Positions 46,940 to 57,436 of a DNA stretch of 62,946 nt are shown piece after piece. The DNA comes from Pirellula sp. (lineage in GTDB: Bacteria; Planctomycetota; Planctomycetia; Pirellulales; Pirellulaceae): contig JANLRK010000672.1 in the NCBI GenBank assembly GCA_031361585.1, positions 1 through 62,946 of the forward strand, read 5' to 3'. Below the pieces are notes generated by a model. It was not told where the DNA came from. It did no database searches and saw nothing but the letters and a program-made list of their open reading frames with translations. Both the position numbers and the translations under genes were made by a program. Each line of letters starts with the position of its first letter. Position 1 is the stretch's first letter.

Positions 46940-47896
46940 TTATGCTTTTTGTTCCTCGAGTGTTGGAACAGCAATCTCTGCGACGATACTATCTAGTATC
47001 TGCTCGCTTGTCATGCGACGCAAACGGCTTTCTGGTCGCAATATCAAGCGATGCGCCATCACGGGCGCAATCGTTTTTTTAACATCATCGGGTTGCACAT
47101 AGTTTCGACCACGAATCGCTGCCATCGCCTGAGAGGCGCGAAAAATTGCGATTGTGGCTCTTGGTCCGCCCCCCAGAGCTAAATCGGAATGCGAGCGTGT
47201 CTCATGCACGATTTGCAGCATATAGTGCCGAACTTTCGGGTCGACATACACTTGCTTGACCAGCTGCTGAACCTGAACAATCTCTTCTGCCGAAACGACG
47301 CTCGTCAATGAATGAATCGGGTGCTCGCGTTCGAGCATTTGCATCATGCGCAGTTCCTCTTCCATTGATGGATATCCCAACGAGAACTTCATAAAGAAGC
47401 GATCTAGCTGAGCCTCTGGCAACGGGAAAGTCCCTTCATGATCGATTGGGTTTTGCGTAGCAATAACAAGGAAGGGGTTCGGCAGTCTGTGTGTGACTCC
47501 ATCGATAGTAGCACACGATTCCGCCATGGCTTCCAACAACGCTGATTGAGCTCGTGGAGTCGTGCGATTGATCTCGTCGGCTAGCAGGATGTTGGTGAAC
47601 AAAGGGCCTGGCCGGAACTCGAATTCGCTCGTCTTCTGATTGAATATGGCAGCACCTGTGATGTCGCTCGGCAGCAAGTCAGGGGTGCACTGTACGCGTT
47701 TGAAGGTACAGCCTACGCTTGCTGCCAAGGCTCGAGCGAGCATGGTCTTTGCCACCCCAGGCACATCCTCCAGCAAGATATGTCCGCCGGAGAACCATGA
47801 CACCAAAGACAAGACTAACTGCTTTCGTTTGCCGACAATTGCCTTTTCGATGTTGGCAATGATCCGCTTGGATGACTCATGAACCAGCTGCGACAT
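46940..47896 (-). CDS. MoxR-family AAA+ ATPase
   Basis: EDVPGVAKT, RVQCTPDLLPSDITG, LADEINRTTPRAQSALLEAM, ATQNP, LPEAQLDRF. Confidence 0.95.
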   Translation of the reverse strand: MSQLVHESSKRIIANIEKAIVGKRKQLVLSLVSWFSGGHILLEDVPGVAKTMLARALAASVGCTFKRVQCTPDLLPSDITGAAIFNQKTSEFEFRPGPLFTNILLADEINRTTPRAQSALLEAMAESCATIDGVTHRLPNPFLVIATQNPIDHEGTFPLPEAQLDRFFMKFSLGYPSMEEELRMMQMLEREHPIHSLTSVVSAEEIVQVQQLVKQVYVDPKVRHYMLQIVHETRSHSDLALGGGPRATIAIFRASQAMAAIRGRNYVQPDDVKKTIAPVMAHRLILRPESRLRRMTSEQILDSIVAEIAVPTLEEQKA

Positions 47897-47902
47897 GTTT
47901 TT

Positions 47903-48010
47903 GTAAGGAGTAAGGAGTAAGCCATTTGCTTAGTAGCAAATAACGCAAATCGCAAATAACAAATGGCAAATAACAAATGGCAAATATAGCTTATAGCTTA
48001 CAGCTTATAG
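47903..48010. repeat. Heptamer short tandem repeats (STRR-like)
   Basis: (GTAAGGA)x2.7, alternating GCAAATA/ACAAATG, (TAGCTTA)x3 filling the tsaE-moxR gap. Confidence 0.8.
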
Positions 48011-48535
48011 CTTTCTCCACAGTGGGACCAAATTTCTAAGAATCGCCGTCGCTCGCTCGCCATTGGGTTTAAGTTGCACATGTCGATTTGCGGGTAGCTC
48101 GCCAAGCTCCATGTGGACTCGCAATGTGTTGCGGGGTAGTAGACTTGGGAATTTATCCGCCCACTCGACAATCGTAACTGCGTCGGCATCGAACATTTCC
48201 TCAATGCCCAGCTCTAGCATTTCGTCTACGTCTCCAATTCGGTACGCGTCCAGATGGAAAATTGGGGGCTGGCTGTCGTACTCGTGAACCAACATAAACG
48301 TTGGACTACTGACAGCTTCCGGCCGAGCACCAATTGAAATGGCAAAAAATCGAGTCCACTGGGTTTTTCCCGCCCCAAGTGTACCTGACAAAGCGATGGC
48401 TAGAGGAACGGTTATTAGACTCGCTACTTGCTCCGCTAACAACCGACAGTCGGCTAGGTCCTCTATGCTGATTTCGCAATGCAACGGTTCGAGGTTCAGT
48501 GATAATAACTTGATGGTCACGTGACTATTCAACAA
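48005..48535 (-). CDS. tsaE: tRNA t6A biosynthesis ATPase TsaE
   Basis: LSGTLGAGKT, VSSPTF.LV.EY, HLDAYR, VEWA. Confidence 0.95.
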   Translation of the reverse strand: MLNSHVTIKLLSLNLEPLHCEISIEDLADCRLLAEQVASLITVPLAIALSGTLGAGKTQWTRFFAISIGARPEAVSSPTFMLVHEYDSQPPIFHLDAYRIGDVDEMLELGIEEMFDADAVTIVEWADKFPSLLPRNTLRVHMELGELPANRHVQLKPNGERATAILRNLVPLWRKL

Positions 48536-48544
48536 GGACTTTGG

Positions 48545-50566
48545 CTATCTTCGGTCGGGCCATCCCAGACCTAGCATTACGTCGGGATCGCTCAATTGAC
48601 TTGCATTTGGGCTGCAGATTCTGGCAAAAAAGAGATCTTCGGTCCCGGGAATTGGCACAACTTTGAACTTCGAGAGTTCATCGACAACCGGACCGAGGAG
48701 ACGTAACGACTGTCTGAGATCGTCGACCTTGAAGTTCTTTGGCAACCGAACTGGTACCACGCGAATTAGCTTGCGACGAACTTCGCGGGTTGTTAGCCAA
48801 ACCGTGTCATCGCTGATTGGGACGAGTTCTAGGGCGAAATCGGTCAGAAATCGCTTAGCAACCTGAGGGAATGTTCTGCCGGCCAAGACAATCGCGGCTA
48901 ACTCATTTGGGGTCAAGCCATGTCTCCACGCGTTTTGCCAATCGATTACGAGATTCAAATTGGTCTCAGCCGCGGCGGTCATTAGAAGATCCGGGATCGG
49001 CCTTCTTTCGGGTGCATGGACAGTCGGGCGTATTCGACGCTCGAACGCAGTGGAACTCTTGTTCCATTGACTTGTGGAAAAGATCCGCCCTGACTCGGGT
49101 GTTTTATACCAAGGATTCGCATCATCCAATTTTCGGACACTCGCTAATTCGGCAAGTGATGCTTGCATGTTTGCTTTTTCGATCGCAGTGGCTTGTTCCG
49201 TCCATTTCAACTGTCCTTCGGAAAAACTGCACACATCATCGCACCCCCACAATTTAATCAGAGTACCGCAACCGGCTTGTTCAGCCCCCTCTGGGAAAAG
49301 ACCTACGATGGACCAATCGATTTGCATCTTTAAATCCATCCTCTTTTTTGGGGCGGAAATAACCGGCAATCGAAGATCACCCAATGTCCATTCCAATCCT
49401 TGGCTTTGGACGATCTCTTCCACTATGGCTGCAACAGATTTGTTTTCCGCGTCGATTTCAATCTTCTGCGTAATGTCGATTCCCGCAACTCGGCAGGATT
49501 GCCAATCGACAGTGATTCCAATTCCGGATAGCCTTCCGAACAAATCGATACACCGGAGTAAACTAGTGTTGCGATCTTTGACCGCAGCCAAAACCATTTT
49601 ATCGCTTTTGTCCCAACTTGGAATCGGATGCGGCTTGGGGTGTATTTCCATTTCCTGGTAGACATCAGCCTCTTCGATGATCAACTCGGTCGAATCATTG
49701 TTCGTGGTCAAAATCTCGCCCAGGGTATTGTTCCCGCCTAGAATCCAAGGAAGTGGACTGTCGAATGCAGAAAGTTGTGAATCATCATCCAGCGGTGCGC
49801 CTGCTACCAAGGGTTTGCCGCCAGAGGCGGAGTCTAGATTTGGAAGTGTGGGGGCATCGAAGGGTGGAAGAGTTTTCTCTTGGGACATTTCAATGAGAGG
49901 ATGATTATCGTCCTGAGTCGCTGGAGTAGCTTCGGAAGAAGAATTCAGATCCAATTCCTTTAGCGCATTCGAGTCTGGCTTGTCGATGGCAGGCAGTGAG
50001 CTTGCAACGGTTGGGGTTTCTGCAATTGGTTTGCTCTTACTGCCAACCATTTGTAGGAACACTACAAAGCCCCCAATCGCGCAAAGAGAGCCGGAAATCG
50101 CGATGGTAGCAAGTGTCAGCCATTGCCTGCGTTTGGCCAAAGCATTACTTTGCCAAGCTTGACGGTGAATCGGCCTATCCGCGGCCGAAGCAACCATTGG
50201 AGTGATAGGATTTAATGTTGATGGAATAGGAATGAAGTCAGGCTCGTTGGCGGATTTGAATCGCAAGCCTGAATCACCTTGGTGTTCGGACCGAGAGGAG
50301 ACATCCTCGTTTGGCAATATCTCATTCCAGTCAAAGTCCCCTACCTTAGTCATCGCAGTTGAGTCAACGATTGGCGCACTTGCTCGTGGCCCAGTCGTCG
50401 GTGCGGGCCTAGCCGCCGTCTTGTTGGCAGGGGAGATCGCTGGGACGGCGATCGGCCCTTTGCATTTTGGGCAAGGCAAAGTCTGTCCGAGCATTGGCTC
50501 GTGGCGCACGATGATTTTGCTTGAGCAATGGGGGCAAGCGAGTCGAAAAGGGTCCACGGGTGGCAC
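48545..50566 (-). CDS. Zn-ribbon / Pro-rich linker / single-TM protein with secretin-N (STN)-like periplasmic repeats
   Basis: CPHC...CPKC, TM WLTLATIA..FVVFL, two I.VDW repeats. Confidence 0.65.
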   Translation of the reverse strand: MPPVDPFRLACPHCSSKIIVRHEPMLGQTLPCPKCKGPIAVPAISPANKTAARPAPTTGPRASAPIVDSTAMTKVGDFDWNEILPNEDVSSRSEHQGDSGLRFKSANEPDFIPIPSTLNPITPMVASAADRPIHRQAWQSNALAKRRQWLTLATIAISGSLCAIGGFVVFLQMVGSKSKPIAETPTVASSLPAIDKPDSNALKELDLNSSSEATPATQDDNHPLIEMSQEKTLPPFDAPTLPNLDSASGGKPLVAGAPLDDDSQLSAFDSPLPWILGGNNTLGEILTTNNDSTELIIEEADVYQEMEIHPKPHPIPSWDKSDKMVLAAVKDRNTSLLRCIDLFGRLSGIGITVDWQSCRVAGIDITQKIEIDAENKSVAAIVEEIVQSQGLEWTLGDLRLPVISAPKKRMDLKMQIDWSIVGLFPEGAEQAGCGTLIKLWGCDDVCSFSEGQLKWTEQATAIEKANMQASLAELASVRKLDDANPWYKTPESGRIFSTSQWNKSSTAFERRIRPTVHAPERRPIPDLLMTAAAETNLNLVIDWQNAWRHGLTPNELAAIVLAGRTFPQVAKRFLTDFALELVPISDDTVWLTTREVRRKLIRVVPVRLPKNFKVDDLRQSLRLLGPVVDELSKFKVVPIPGTEDLFFARICSPNASQLSDPDVMLGLGWPDRR

Positions 50567-50680
50567 CGAACCTAGGCAATGGAAAAAGCAGTCGCGACAA
50601 TATTCCTATAATATCCCGGCTAGGACACAACAAGCAAAGGCGGCTTCTCTTTCGGACGGGAATTCCCTATCTTTAGTCCT

Positions 50681-51508
50681 ATGCTGCTACCGATTTTCCC
50701 ATCCGTCCTTGATTTTTGCCTGTTTGCCTCTACAACTTCGTTGGATGGTAGTTTAAGCGGCAATTTGATTGCCCTGATCGCTTTATGCGCTATGGAGATC
50801 GTGCTCGGCATCGACAATTTGGTTTTCCTGTCCGTCTTGTCTAGCAAATTGCCGAAAGAACAACAAAAGTCAGCTCGGCTTTTTGGGCTCGCGTTGGCGA
50901 TGGGAATGCGGATCGCGTTACTCGCCACTTTATTCTTGATCATGAAATTGAAAGATCCGATTTTTTCATTGGACATTATTCCGTTAGGCCCTGCCGCATT
51001 AGAATGGTTAGCAGACCATCCCGAGATTAATAGCGTTTCAATCAAAGACCTGATTTTGATTGCTGGCGGATTGTTTTTGCTTTGGAAAAGTGTTAAAGAA
51101 ATTCATCACCTGGTAGACCGGCAGCATTCGGAGCATTCAATAAAACCTCCGCCAAGCTATGCATCCGTGCTTGTTCAAGTGATGGTGTTGGACATCGTGT
51201 TTTCGTTGGATTCCGTGATCACAGCGGTTGGAATGGCCGACCAACTTTGGGTCATGATAACGGCTGTCATCGTTTCCGTAATCATCATGATGTTGTTTTC
51301 GACTAGGGTAGCCGTCTTTGTCGAGCAGAACCCAACCGTCAAGATGCTTGCCGTAGCGTTTCTGGTCATGATAGGTGCCATGCTGGTGGCAGATGGGTGC
51401 GGAACACACGTAAGCAAAGGTTATGTCTATTTCGCAATGTTGTTTGCGCTCGGCGTGGAGATCTTGAATCTGCGAGCACGTGGAAAGAGTGAGGAAGTCA
51501 CGTATTAG
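50681..51508 (+). CDS. TerC-family membrane protein
   Basis: MEIVLGIDNLVF, GGLFLLWKSVKEIH, LDIVFSLDSVITAVGM, KGYVYFAM.F. Confidence 0.93.
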   Translation: MLLPIFPSVLDFCLFASTTSLDGSLSGNLIALIALCAMEIVLGIDNLVFLSVLSSKLPKEQQKSARLFGLALAMGMRIALLATLFLIMKLKDPIFSLDIIPLGPAALEWLADHPEINSVSIKDLILIAGGLFLLWKSVKEIHHLVDRQHSEHSIKPPPSYASVLVQVMVLDIVFSLDSVITAVGMADQLWVMITAVIVSVIIMMLFSTRVAVFVEQNPTVKMLAVAFLVMIGAMLVADGCGTHVSKGYVYFAMLFALGVEILNLRARGKSEEVTY

Positions 51509-52613
51509 AAGCGTTGATTTGATTGTACTAGGCGCGGGCTTGGCTGGATCAGCCATGGCTTGGCAAGCGCATTGGCGAGGGTGGTCCGTCGCACTCATCG
51601 ATAGGCTTGATGTTCAGACTTCTTCGAGGGTGGCTGCTGGCTTAGTGACTCCCATTACCGGTTCTCGCGCCGCTGCTAGCTGGCGATGGAATGAGTTTTA
51701 TTCAGTCGCGGAACATTTTTACACTCAAGTCGAGCATGCTACAGCGGCTTCTATCTGGCACGTAGAGCCAGCCCTACGCGTTTTTCGAAGCGAAAAGGAA
51801 AAGGCCCTATTTGAAAACAAGTGGATCGAACCGAGGCCTTCTGCGGATACGGTCTCGATTCGCGCGAAATCGGTTTTGCATCCTAGAACCATTGGCTGGA
51901 AGGCACCGTTTGGAATGTCTAGTATGGAACCCGCTGCGAGAATCGATACAGCCGCATATTTATCTGCAACCCAGCGTTTCTTTGAAGGGCGAGATGCGTT
52001 CATCAAGTTCAACCTCAACTGCGATAGGGACATCGTTTTCGATTCTCAAAATGTTGAATATCCATTGACGATTGCGACTCTTCAGATAGCTGGAAAGCGC
52101 ATCGTTTTTTGCCAGGGAATTGCAGCGAGGGAAAACCGTGTTTTTAATGATTTGCCACTGCATCCAGCTCGCGGCGACATTCTAGTTGTGTTGAGTCCGA
52201 ACGTGCTTATCGATCAAGTAATTCACCACGACGCTTGGGTAGTTCCATTCGGAGCAGGACGATTCGTAGTGGGCGCGACATATGATCGCGCGTTGTTGGT
52301 GGATCAGGACGAACACAACCAAGAAAGAGCGAAGCAATTTCGAGACGAGCTCATGCGGCGTTGGGAATCGCTGACTGAAGGTTCGTTCCTTGGTGGGCAG
52401 CACGTCGTCCAGGAACAGCGTTGGGCAATTCGACCTGCGAGTTATGATCGCCATCCCTTGATAGGTCCACACGAATTACATAGAAACGTTTTCTGTTTGA
52501 ATGGATTGGGGTCAAAGGGTACGCTTATGGCGCCTCTCTTGGCCGAGATGCTTATCGATGCGATGGGTGGGGAGCCGATCGATCCAGCGTTGTTGAGGTC
52601 GCGTCGAAAGTAG
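51480..52613 (+). CDS. FAD-dependent oxidoreductase (DAO family; stand-alone MnmC oxidase-like)
   Basis: GAGLAG, SSRVAAGL..P.TG, RG..L, GATYD, RP...R.PLIG, NGLGSKG..MAP. Confidence 0.85.
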   Translation: MERVRKSRIRSVDLIVLGAGLAGSAMAWQAHWRGWSVALIDRLDVQTSSRVAAGLVTPITGSRAAASWRWNEFYSVAEHFYTQVEHATAASIWHVEPALRVFRSEKEKALFENKWIEPRPSADTVSIRAKSVLHPRTIGWKAPFGMSSMEPAARIDTAAYLSATQRFFEGRDAFIKFNLNCDRDIVFDSQNVEYPLTIATLQIAGKRIVFCQGIAARENRVFNDLPLHPARGDILVVLSPNVLIDQVIHHDAWVVPFGAGRFVVGATYDRALLVDQDEHNQERAKQFRDELMRRWESLTEGSFLGGQHVVQEQRWAIRPASYDRHPLIGPHELHRNVFCLNGLGSKGTLMAPLLAEMLIDAMGGEPIDPALLRSRRK

Positions 52614-52616
52614 ATC

Positions 52617-53219
52617 ATGCACTTCACAGTGGAAGCCCAGAAATTTGCGATGCCCTATCTGACGGTTGGATCGATTGCGATCGACGCTACATGCGGCAAC
52701 GGATTTGATACTCTGTTCCTCGCTGAACAGGTTGGAAGAACGGGCGTTGTGTACGGTATTGATATTCAGGAACGCTCCATCGAAACGGTTCGTGGAAAGT
52801 TGCTCGAAAGGGGCGAGCAGTCGCAGTGCCGATTGTTTGTTGGGTCCCATGAACATTTGAGCACGATGGTTGAACCTGTTCACGCAGGTTTGGTATCAGT
52901 CGTAATGTTCAATTTGGGATACCTACCAACTGGGGACAAATCCATCGTCACGGGGTCGGAAACCACATTGAAGGGTCTTCAACAGGCATTCGAATTGATC
53001 CGGACAGGCGGGCTTATTAGTGTTTTGGCTTACCCTGGCCATCCGGGTGGATGGGAGGAAGTGCGAAGCGTTGCAAATTGGATTGAGCAAAATGCGTTTG
53101 CGATGCAAGTAGGAAAATTTCAAGACCCGAACAATGTCAATAGTCCTATTTTGTGGACGTTGAATAAGTCTGACGTACAGCCGACGCCTCCGACTAGAAT
53201 GTCATCCGCATTTACCTGA
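52617..53219 (+). CDS. mnmM: YtqB/MnmM-like tRNA (nm5s2U34) methyltransferase
   Basis: DATCGNGFDT, DIQ, SH, FNLGYLP.GDK, Y.GH.GG.EE signature of the YtqB family. Confidence 0.8.
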   Translation: MHFTVEAQKFAMPYLTVGSIAIDATCGNGFDTLFLAEQVGRTGVVYGIDIQERSIETVRGKLLERGEQSQCRLFVGSHEHLSTMVEPVHAGLVSVVMFNLGYLPTGDKSIVTGSETTLKGLQQAFELIRTGGLISVLAYPGHPGGWEEVRSVANWIEQNAFAMQVGKFQDPNNVNSPILWTLNKSDVQPTPPTRMSSAFT

Positions 53220-53222
53220 CGA

Positions 53223-54374
53223 ATGAGTATTTCCTCACGACGATTCTTTCATCCTATGGTGCGATCTACTAAGTTTCCGTTTGATTTGATTCATTCGGAC
53301 AGCAAAACACTAGCGCGACGAGGTCGATTGCATTTGCCACATGGCGTGGTGGAAACTCCTGCATTCATGCCTGTCGGCACTCAAGCCACGGTCAAAGGGC
53401 TGACTGTCGATCAAGTTGCGAAAACCGGCGCATCTATTTTGCTCGGCAACACGTACCACCTGTCGTTGCGACCGGGCAGTTCGTTGATTGCGGAACTGGG
53501 CGGCTTGCATCGATTCATGGGTTGGCATCAACCTATTTTGACAGACAGTGGAGGTTTCCAAATCTTTTCTCTTGGGGACATGAATCAAGTTACGGAGAAA
53601 GGTGCAACCTTCAAGTCGCATTTAGATGGCTCAACGATTCATCTTCGGCCAGAGGATTCGATACGTATTCAGGAAGAGTTGGGCAGCGATATTGCCATGG
53701 TATTGGACCACGTCATCGGTTTACCTGCGACCGACGAAGCAGTCAAAGACGCAAGCGATCGAAGCGTTCGTTGGGCCCAGAGATGCAAGGATGTAGCGGT
53801 ACGCAGTGACCAAGCTAAATTTGCCATCGTTCAGGGAGGCCTCAACCCAGATTTGAGAACCCAATGTGCAGAGCAGCTGATTCAAATAGGGTTCGATGGT
53901 TATGCCGTCGGTGGGTTGAGTGTGGGTGAACCGCCTCCAGAAATGTACCTAATCCTCGATAGGATTTGTCCGGTCTTGCCGACAGATCAGCCACGTTACT
54001 TGATGGGGGTTGGCCGACCCATCGACTTGGTTGAGGGAATCGCACGAGGAATCGATATGTTTGATTGTGTTATGCCCACCCGCAATGGTCGCAATGCTTC
54101 GGCGTTTACCGCCAACGGGCCGCTGAAAATGCGAAATCAATGCCATGCCAAAGACGAATCTCCCATCGAGGCGGATTGTCCTTGCTTGGCATGCAAACAC
54201 AGTCGGGCCTACATTCGACATCTTTTCCAAGCTGATGAAATGCTCGGCCCAACGTTGTTGTCGATTCACAATCTGACGTTTTATCAGCGTCTAATGGGTT
54301 GGGCAAGGCTGGCCATCGAACAAGATCGATTCGATGCTTTTCTGACGGAACAGCGCGAAAAACTGGCGATGTAA
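53223..54374 (+). CDS. tgt: tRNA-guanine transglycosylase
   Basis: [57 protein letters not shown] Zn site. Confidence 0.97.
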   Translation: MSISSRRFFHPMVRSTKFPFDLIHSDSKTLARRGRLHLPHGVVETPAFMPVGTQATVKGLTVDQVAKTGASILLGNTYHLSLRPGSSLIAELGGLHRFMGWHQPILTDSGGFQIFSLGDMNQVTEKGATFKSHLDGSTIHLRPEDSIRIQEELGSDIAMVLDHVIGLPATDEAVKDASDRSVRWAQRCKDVAVRSDQAKFAIVQGGLNPDLRTQCAEQLIQIGFDGYAVGGLSVGEPPPEMYLILDRICPVLPTDQPRYLMGVGRPIDLVEGIARGIDMFDCVMPTRNGRNASAFTANGPLKMRNQCHAKDESPIEADCPCLACKHSRAYIRHLFQADEMLGPTLLSIHNLTFYQRLMGWARLAIEQDRFDAFLTEQREKLAM

Positions 54375-54413
54375 TTCGGTCCCTTGAGGCAACGCTGCAA
54401 CGCAGGAGCCAAT

Positions 54414-55022
54414 CTACATGTAGAGGTGCTTCATGCAGATTTGCGACCAGTTCTCAAGACGCTCCATTTCGGACTTGATTGTTTCAATGGATTGAAAACC
54501 GCTGTCCTCGAGATGATCCTCACGCGTTTGAACTTTGCAGGAGGCAAGCTGCATGATGTGGACTATTCCCAAGTGTACGCGGCCAACTTCGGTCGAATCG
54601 TCATAGATTAAGCCAACGATTCGATGTTGCCCGTTGCACTCGATCGCAACTTCTTCATCGAGTTCACGCTGCATGCCAGTGCGGTACCAATCCTCACCCG
54701 TTGCGTCCTCAATCGAAATGTGACCGCCGATACCAATGGAACGTAGAGCATGCAGCCTTTTTTCTCCTTGCCCTTTTCCGCGAGTATATTGAAAGACTCG
54801 AGTTCCATTCGCGTCGCTACATTCAAGAATCACGTAGGGAATCAGTTGTTTAAAGGATGGATCGGTTTCAACCAAACTTCTTGGTCGAAACGACTGATTT
54901 TGACGGTCTAAAATGGTCGAAAGGTAACGATCGACATTGGGTTGGAAGCCAGAAAAAGGTCCAAGCTGATCAAGCAATTGAGCAGGAATTACGAGAACTT
55001 CTTCGTCTTTGGACATATGCAA
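54414..55022 (-). CDS. NUDIX-like phosphoesterase
   Basis: E.DPSFKQLIPY, EKRLH...SIGIGGHI, RELDEE, VGRVHLG, LENWS. Confidence 0.85.
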   Translation of the reverse strand: MHMSKDEEVLVIPAQLLDQLGPFSGFQPNVDRYLSTILDRQNQSFRPRSLVETDPSFKQLIPYVILECSDANGTRVFQYTRGKGQGEKRLHALRSIGIGGHISIEDATGEDWYRTGMQRELDEEVAIECNGQHRIVGLIYDDSTEVGRVHLGIVHIMQLASCKVQTREDHLEDSGFQSIETIKSEMERLENWSQICMKHLYM

Positions 55023-55194
55023 CGGCGTTTTCTACGGGATTTAGTCGAATTTGGAGAGCTGCCCTCGGGAAAACAGGGTTCCCTTGACCTGTTGATTTCC
55101 GATACCATACACGGTTTGGCAAACGCTGCCTATTCGCTTTTTCAACCAATTTGCAACCCAAATCCACTCCTTCAACAGCCGACCAAGAGCAAGC

Positions 55195-57102
55195 ATGAGT
55201 GCACTTTTCCTTTCATATGTTTCACGTGTTGGATACTTAAGGTATTTGGCGGCTTTGCTGGTGACTGCATTTCCTCTCGGAGTTACGGCATTGGCAGAGG
55301 AAAAGCCGTTGCCTGCCAGCAAACTCTTCCCAGCTGATACACAAGCGCTATTCTCGTTGCCAAATTCCGAGGGTTTCTTGGAAGGCTGGAACAAAACTCA
55401 ACTCGGCAAATTAGCCGCCGACGAAAAACTAAAGGATTTTTGGGCTACCCAACGTCAAGAGATTCAAAATCGCTTTAGCGAGGCCGGATGGCAACTCAAT
55501 TTGGAAATCGAAGACCTAAATGAAATTGCAGGTGGACAAACAAGTTTGGGGTGGATATCGCGGATAAAAGATTCGAACAAACCCTTTTCAATTGCGATGG
55601 TGATCGATGTCTTAGACCGAAGCGACGCCGCAGAGCGCTTTCTGAAGAGGATCGATACGGAACTAAAGGAAAGAAAAGCGACGCCTAAGTCGATCGCAGT
55701 TTCTGGAGCAAAGGTGGTCCAATACACGCTTCCAAAATTCGCAGGCGACGTTCGCGCTAACGAATCCTTCTATTGTATTTCGAAAAACCAACTTCTTGCG
55801 TCAGACGATCTTGTCACGATGACTGAGTTGCTACAAGCCCAGGGCGGCACCAAAGAAGATTCACTTGCAAATTCGGACTTGTATAAACAAGTCCAGTCGA
55901 AAATACCATGCGAAGGGAACGAACCGGAAATAGAATACTTTTTGCGACCCATTGGATTTGCAAAACTGCTACGGTCCATATCAGGCAAGCCAACCAAAAA
56001 CCAATCGGATATTTTGCTGATCCTTGACAAAGAAGGCTTCAGTGATTTGCAGTGCGTTGCTGGCAATGTTCAGATATCAACCGAGAACTTTGACTTCTTG
56101 CACCATGCTCACATGGTTGCAAAGAAGCCCTCCACCAAAGCGGTGCAGATCCTAGACTTCCCAAATGTCTCCAAACTATTGGCACCCGAATGGATCAACA
56201 GAGAGACCGCTTCCGTTTTGTCATTGTCGTGGAATATCAAGGAAGCCTTTCCAAAGTTCCGCGGCATCGTAGACGCCTTGGTTAGTCCAGGTGCGTTTGA
56301 TGGAATGATCGAAGGCATGCGAGATGACCCGCAAGGTCCACAGATCGATATCGTAAAAGATGTGCTGCCATATTTGTCAACGGAGTTTCACGTCGTTACG
56401 GAAGTCGTTAAGCCTATCTCGCCCGATAGCAAGCGGTCTATGGTCATTTTGAAGCTAAACGATCCACAAACGAAATTACCAAAAATCTTAGATCGATATG
56501 GAAAAGGGGAACCCGATTCCAAACCGATCGATTTCGAAGGACATCGCATTTGGAGTTTCGAAAACAAAGAAGACGCTGAAATCGAGTTGGACTTTACCAG
56601 CAACAAAGATTCAAAGAAACAGGCAGAAAGCGATGACAACGAGCCGCTTCTCGACAAGTGGGCCATCAGCATATTTGCAGACTACTTCATTTTCGCTTCC
56701 GATGTCGAAATGATCAAAGATGCCATTATGAGAGCCAAAAACGGTATCGATATGAGATCATTTGAAACAGAAACCGATGTTGCCAAGGTGACCGAAATGC
56801 TTGAAAAAGTTTCGGGAAAGGACGGCAGAAGCATGAATCAAATAACAAGGTCGGACCGTGCCTTTGAAATGCAGTACGAGCTATTCCGTCAGGACATACT
56901 CCCTGAGTCTCGAAGCATGTTGGCCACTGTCCTCGACAAGATTTTGAAGCCAAAGGACGGGCGACATACCCAAGTACAAAGAGTCAAGGGTGCTACGCTA
57001 CCGCCATTTGCGGCAATTCGTGACTACTTTACAGCGTCTGGCGGAATAGTCCGAACCGAAGAAGATGGCTGGTCCCTTCAGGGGTTTATTTTGAACAACT
57101 AA
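55195..57102 (+). CDS. Exported hypothetical protein (DUF3352-like resemblance)
   Basis: Signal peptide (ALA|EE), L.P..T...., DPQGPQID, LPPF..IRDYF. Confidence 0.7.
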   Translation: MSALFLSYVSRVGYLRYLAALLVTAFPLGVTALAEEKPLPASKLFPADTQALFSLPNSEGFLEGWNKTQLGKLAADEKLKDFWATQRQEIQNRFSEAGWQLNLEIEDLNEIAGGQTSLGWISRIKDSNKPFSIAMVIDVLDRSDAAERFLKRIDTELKERKATPKSIAVSGAKVVQYTLPKFAGDVRANESFYCISKNQLLASDDLVTMTELLQAQGGTKEDSLANSDLYKQVQSKIPCEGNEPEIEYFLRPIGFAKLLRSISGKPTKNQSDILLILDKEGFSDLQCVAGNVQISTENFDFLHHAHMVAKKPSTKAVQILDFPNVSKLLAPEWINRETASVLSLSWNIKEAFPKFRGIVDALVSPGAFDGMIEGMRDDPQGPQIDIVKDVLPYLSTEFHVVTEVVKPISPDSKRSMVILKLNDPQTKLPKILDRYGKGEPDSKPIDFEGHRIWSFENKEDAEIELDFTSNKDSKKQAESDDNEPLLDKWAISIFADYFIFASDVEMIKDAIMRAKNGIDMRSFETETDVAKVTEMLEKVSGKDGRSMNQITRSDRAFEMQYELFRQDILPESRSMLATVLDKILKPKDGRHTQVQRVKGATLPPFAAIRDYFTASGGIVRTEEDGWSLQGFILNN

Positions 57103-57106
57103 ACAA

Positions 57107-57352
57107 ATGACAAATCGACAGGGGCAAGTAACCGATCAAGTTCGTCAAGAAGGGCGAATCCAAGAGTTGGAATTCGTGGTTACGCATATTCAAAAGACCG
57201 TCGAAGAGCTCAATACCGCAATGCTCTTACAGCAAAAGACAATCGATGTGCTTTGTCGGCAACTTGAGCAAGCCAAGTCCGACGTTCGATCGATGCTAGG
57301 CGTTGACAATTCGCCACGATCGTTAGCCGACGATAAACCGCCGCACTACTAA
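57107..57352 (+). CDS. slyX: SlyX family protein
   Basis: RIQELE...H....EELN....Q coiled coil, C-terminal KPPHY. Confidence 0.9.
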   Translation: MTNRQGQVTDQVRQEGRIQELEFVVTHIQKTVEELNTAMLLQQKTIDVLCRQLEQAKSDVRSMLGVDNSPRSLADDKPPHY

Positions 57353-57364
57353 CTGTCTAGTACT

Positions 57365-57404
57365 GACGCTAGCAGCGTCAGCAACGTAGGACGCTGCTAG
57401 CGTC
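57365..57404. terminator. 15-bp perfect hairpin (REP-like doublet / bidirectional terminator) between convergent genes
   Basis: GACGCTAGCAGCGTC-N10-GACGCTGCTAGCGTC. Confidence 0.6.
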
Positions 57405-57436
57405 CTTACCCGAACAACAATAATCTGAGCAAAGTT

